Below are positions 63,505 through 64,000 of a stretch of DNA of 64,000 nt, piece after piece (within the stretch, counting starts at the first letter, position 1; every line of letters begins with the position of its first letter). The DNA comes from an uncultured Gemmatimonadaceae bacterium (GTDB lineage: Bacteria; Gemmatimonadota; Gemmatimonadetes; Gemmatimonadales; Gemmatimonadaceae), in the NCBI GenBank assembly GCA_963843845.1, contig CAWJMB010000002.1, positions 1,504,001 to 1,568,000 of the forward strand, in the 5' to 3' direction. Below the pieces are notes generated by a model that worked only from the letters and a program-made list of their open reading frames with translations, was not told where the DNA came from and did no database searches. The translations under genes and the position numbers were made by a program.

Positions 63505-64000
63505 ATGTCCACGACCAGTCGTCCGACCGCGCTCGTCACCGGCGCGAGCCGCGGGATCGGCCGCGCGATCGCGCTGCGGCTCTCCGACACGCACGACGTC
63601 GTCGCCGTCGCGCGCTCGACGACCGACCTCGACACGCTCGTCGCCGAGGTCGCGGGTCGCGGAGGCCGGTGCCGATCGATCGCGCTCGACGTGACCGACG
63701 GCGGCGCGGTGGCGGCCGCGTTAGGCACGATCGACGTCGACGTCCTCGTGAACAACGCCGGCGTCGGCACGCTGAAGCCGTTCCTCGAGCTCACCGCCGA
63801 CGAGTGGCACCGCATGATCGACGTCAACGTGAACGCGCTCTACCACGTGACGCGCGCCGTGCTGCCCGGGATGGTCGCGCGGGAGCGGGGCGACGTCGTC
63901 ACGATCGGCTCGATCGCGGGCCGCAGCGCCTTCGTGGGCGGGAGCGGCTATGCGGCGACGAAGTGGGCGGTCATGGCGTTCAGCGAATCGCTCATGCTGG
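63505..64000 (+). CDS. Short-chain dehydrogenase/reductase (runs off the window end)
   Basis: Own translation: VTGASRGIG, VNNAG, GSIAG, YAATK. Confidence 0.92.
   Translation, partial: MSTTSRPTALVTGASRGIGRAIALRLSDTHDVVAVARSTTDLDTLVAEVAGRGGRCRSIALDVTDGGAVAAALGTIDVDVLVNNAGVGTLKPFLELTADEWHRMIDVNVNALYHVTRAVLPGMVARERGDVVTIGSIAGRSAFVGGSGYAATKWAVMAFSESLML

Overview
High-GC bacterial chromosome segment. The gene content and protein styles suggest Gemmatimonadota, which is an inference. It carries the core transcription/translation cluster: tRNA-Thr, rpmG-secE-nusG-rplKAJL-rpoBC, rpsL-rpsG, then fusA-tuf and the S10/spc genes through secY-adk-map. Housekeeping genes follow (ftcd, inositol monophosphatase, trpS, PilT-family ATPase, DapA-family, M28 peptidase, PAS histidine kinase, purA, YpdA-family, alpha2-type GlyRS, M3-like peptidase, SDR). 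Two accessory blocks interrupt the cluster. The first is a tandem pair of PEP-CTERM paralogs between rpoC and rpsL. The second is a ~15 kb cell-envelope glycan island that splits the str operon between rpsG and fusA. The island encodes a third PEP-CTERM protein, two GT-C (PMT_2/ArnT-like) glycosyltransferases, a methyltransferase, a UbiA-family polyprenyl-phosphate phosphoribosyltransferase and a G8/CEMIP-like lipoprotein. It also encodes a MotA/ExbB-like membrane pair and a single ORF fusing a cellulose synthase (GT2+PilZ) to a signal-like peptide, TPRs and an outer-membrane barrel. Non-coding signals of note: an over-represented non-palindromic octamer CGTTAGGC on both strands, heptamer-repeat hairpins after rplL, tuf and secY, sigma54-type promoters before two PEP-CTERM genes, and a structured, terminator-containing leader before fusA. 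Many essential genes carry single-base frameshifts that most likely reflect sequencing or assembly error.
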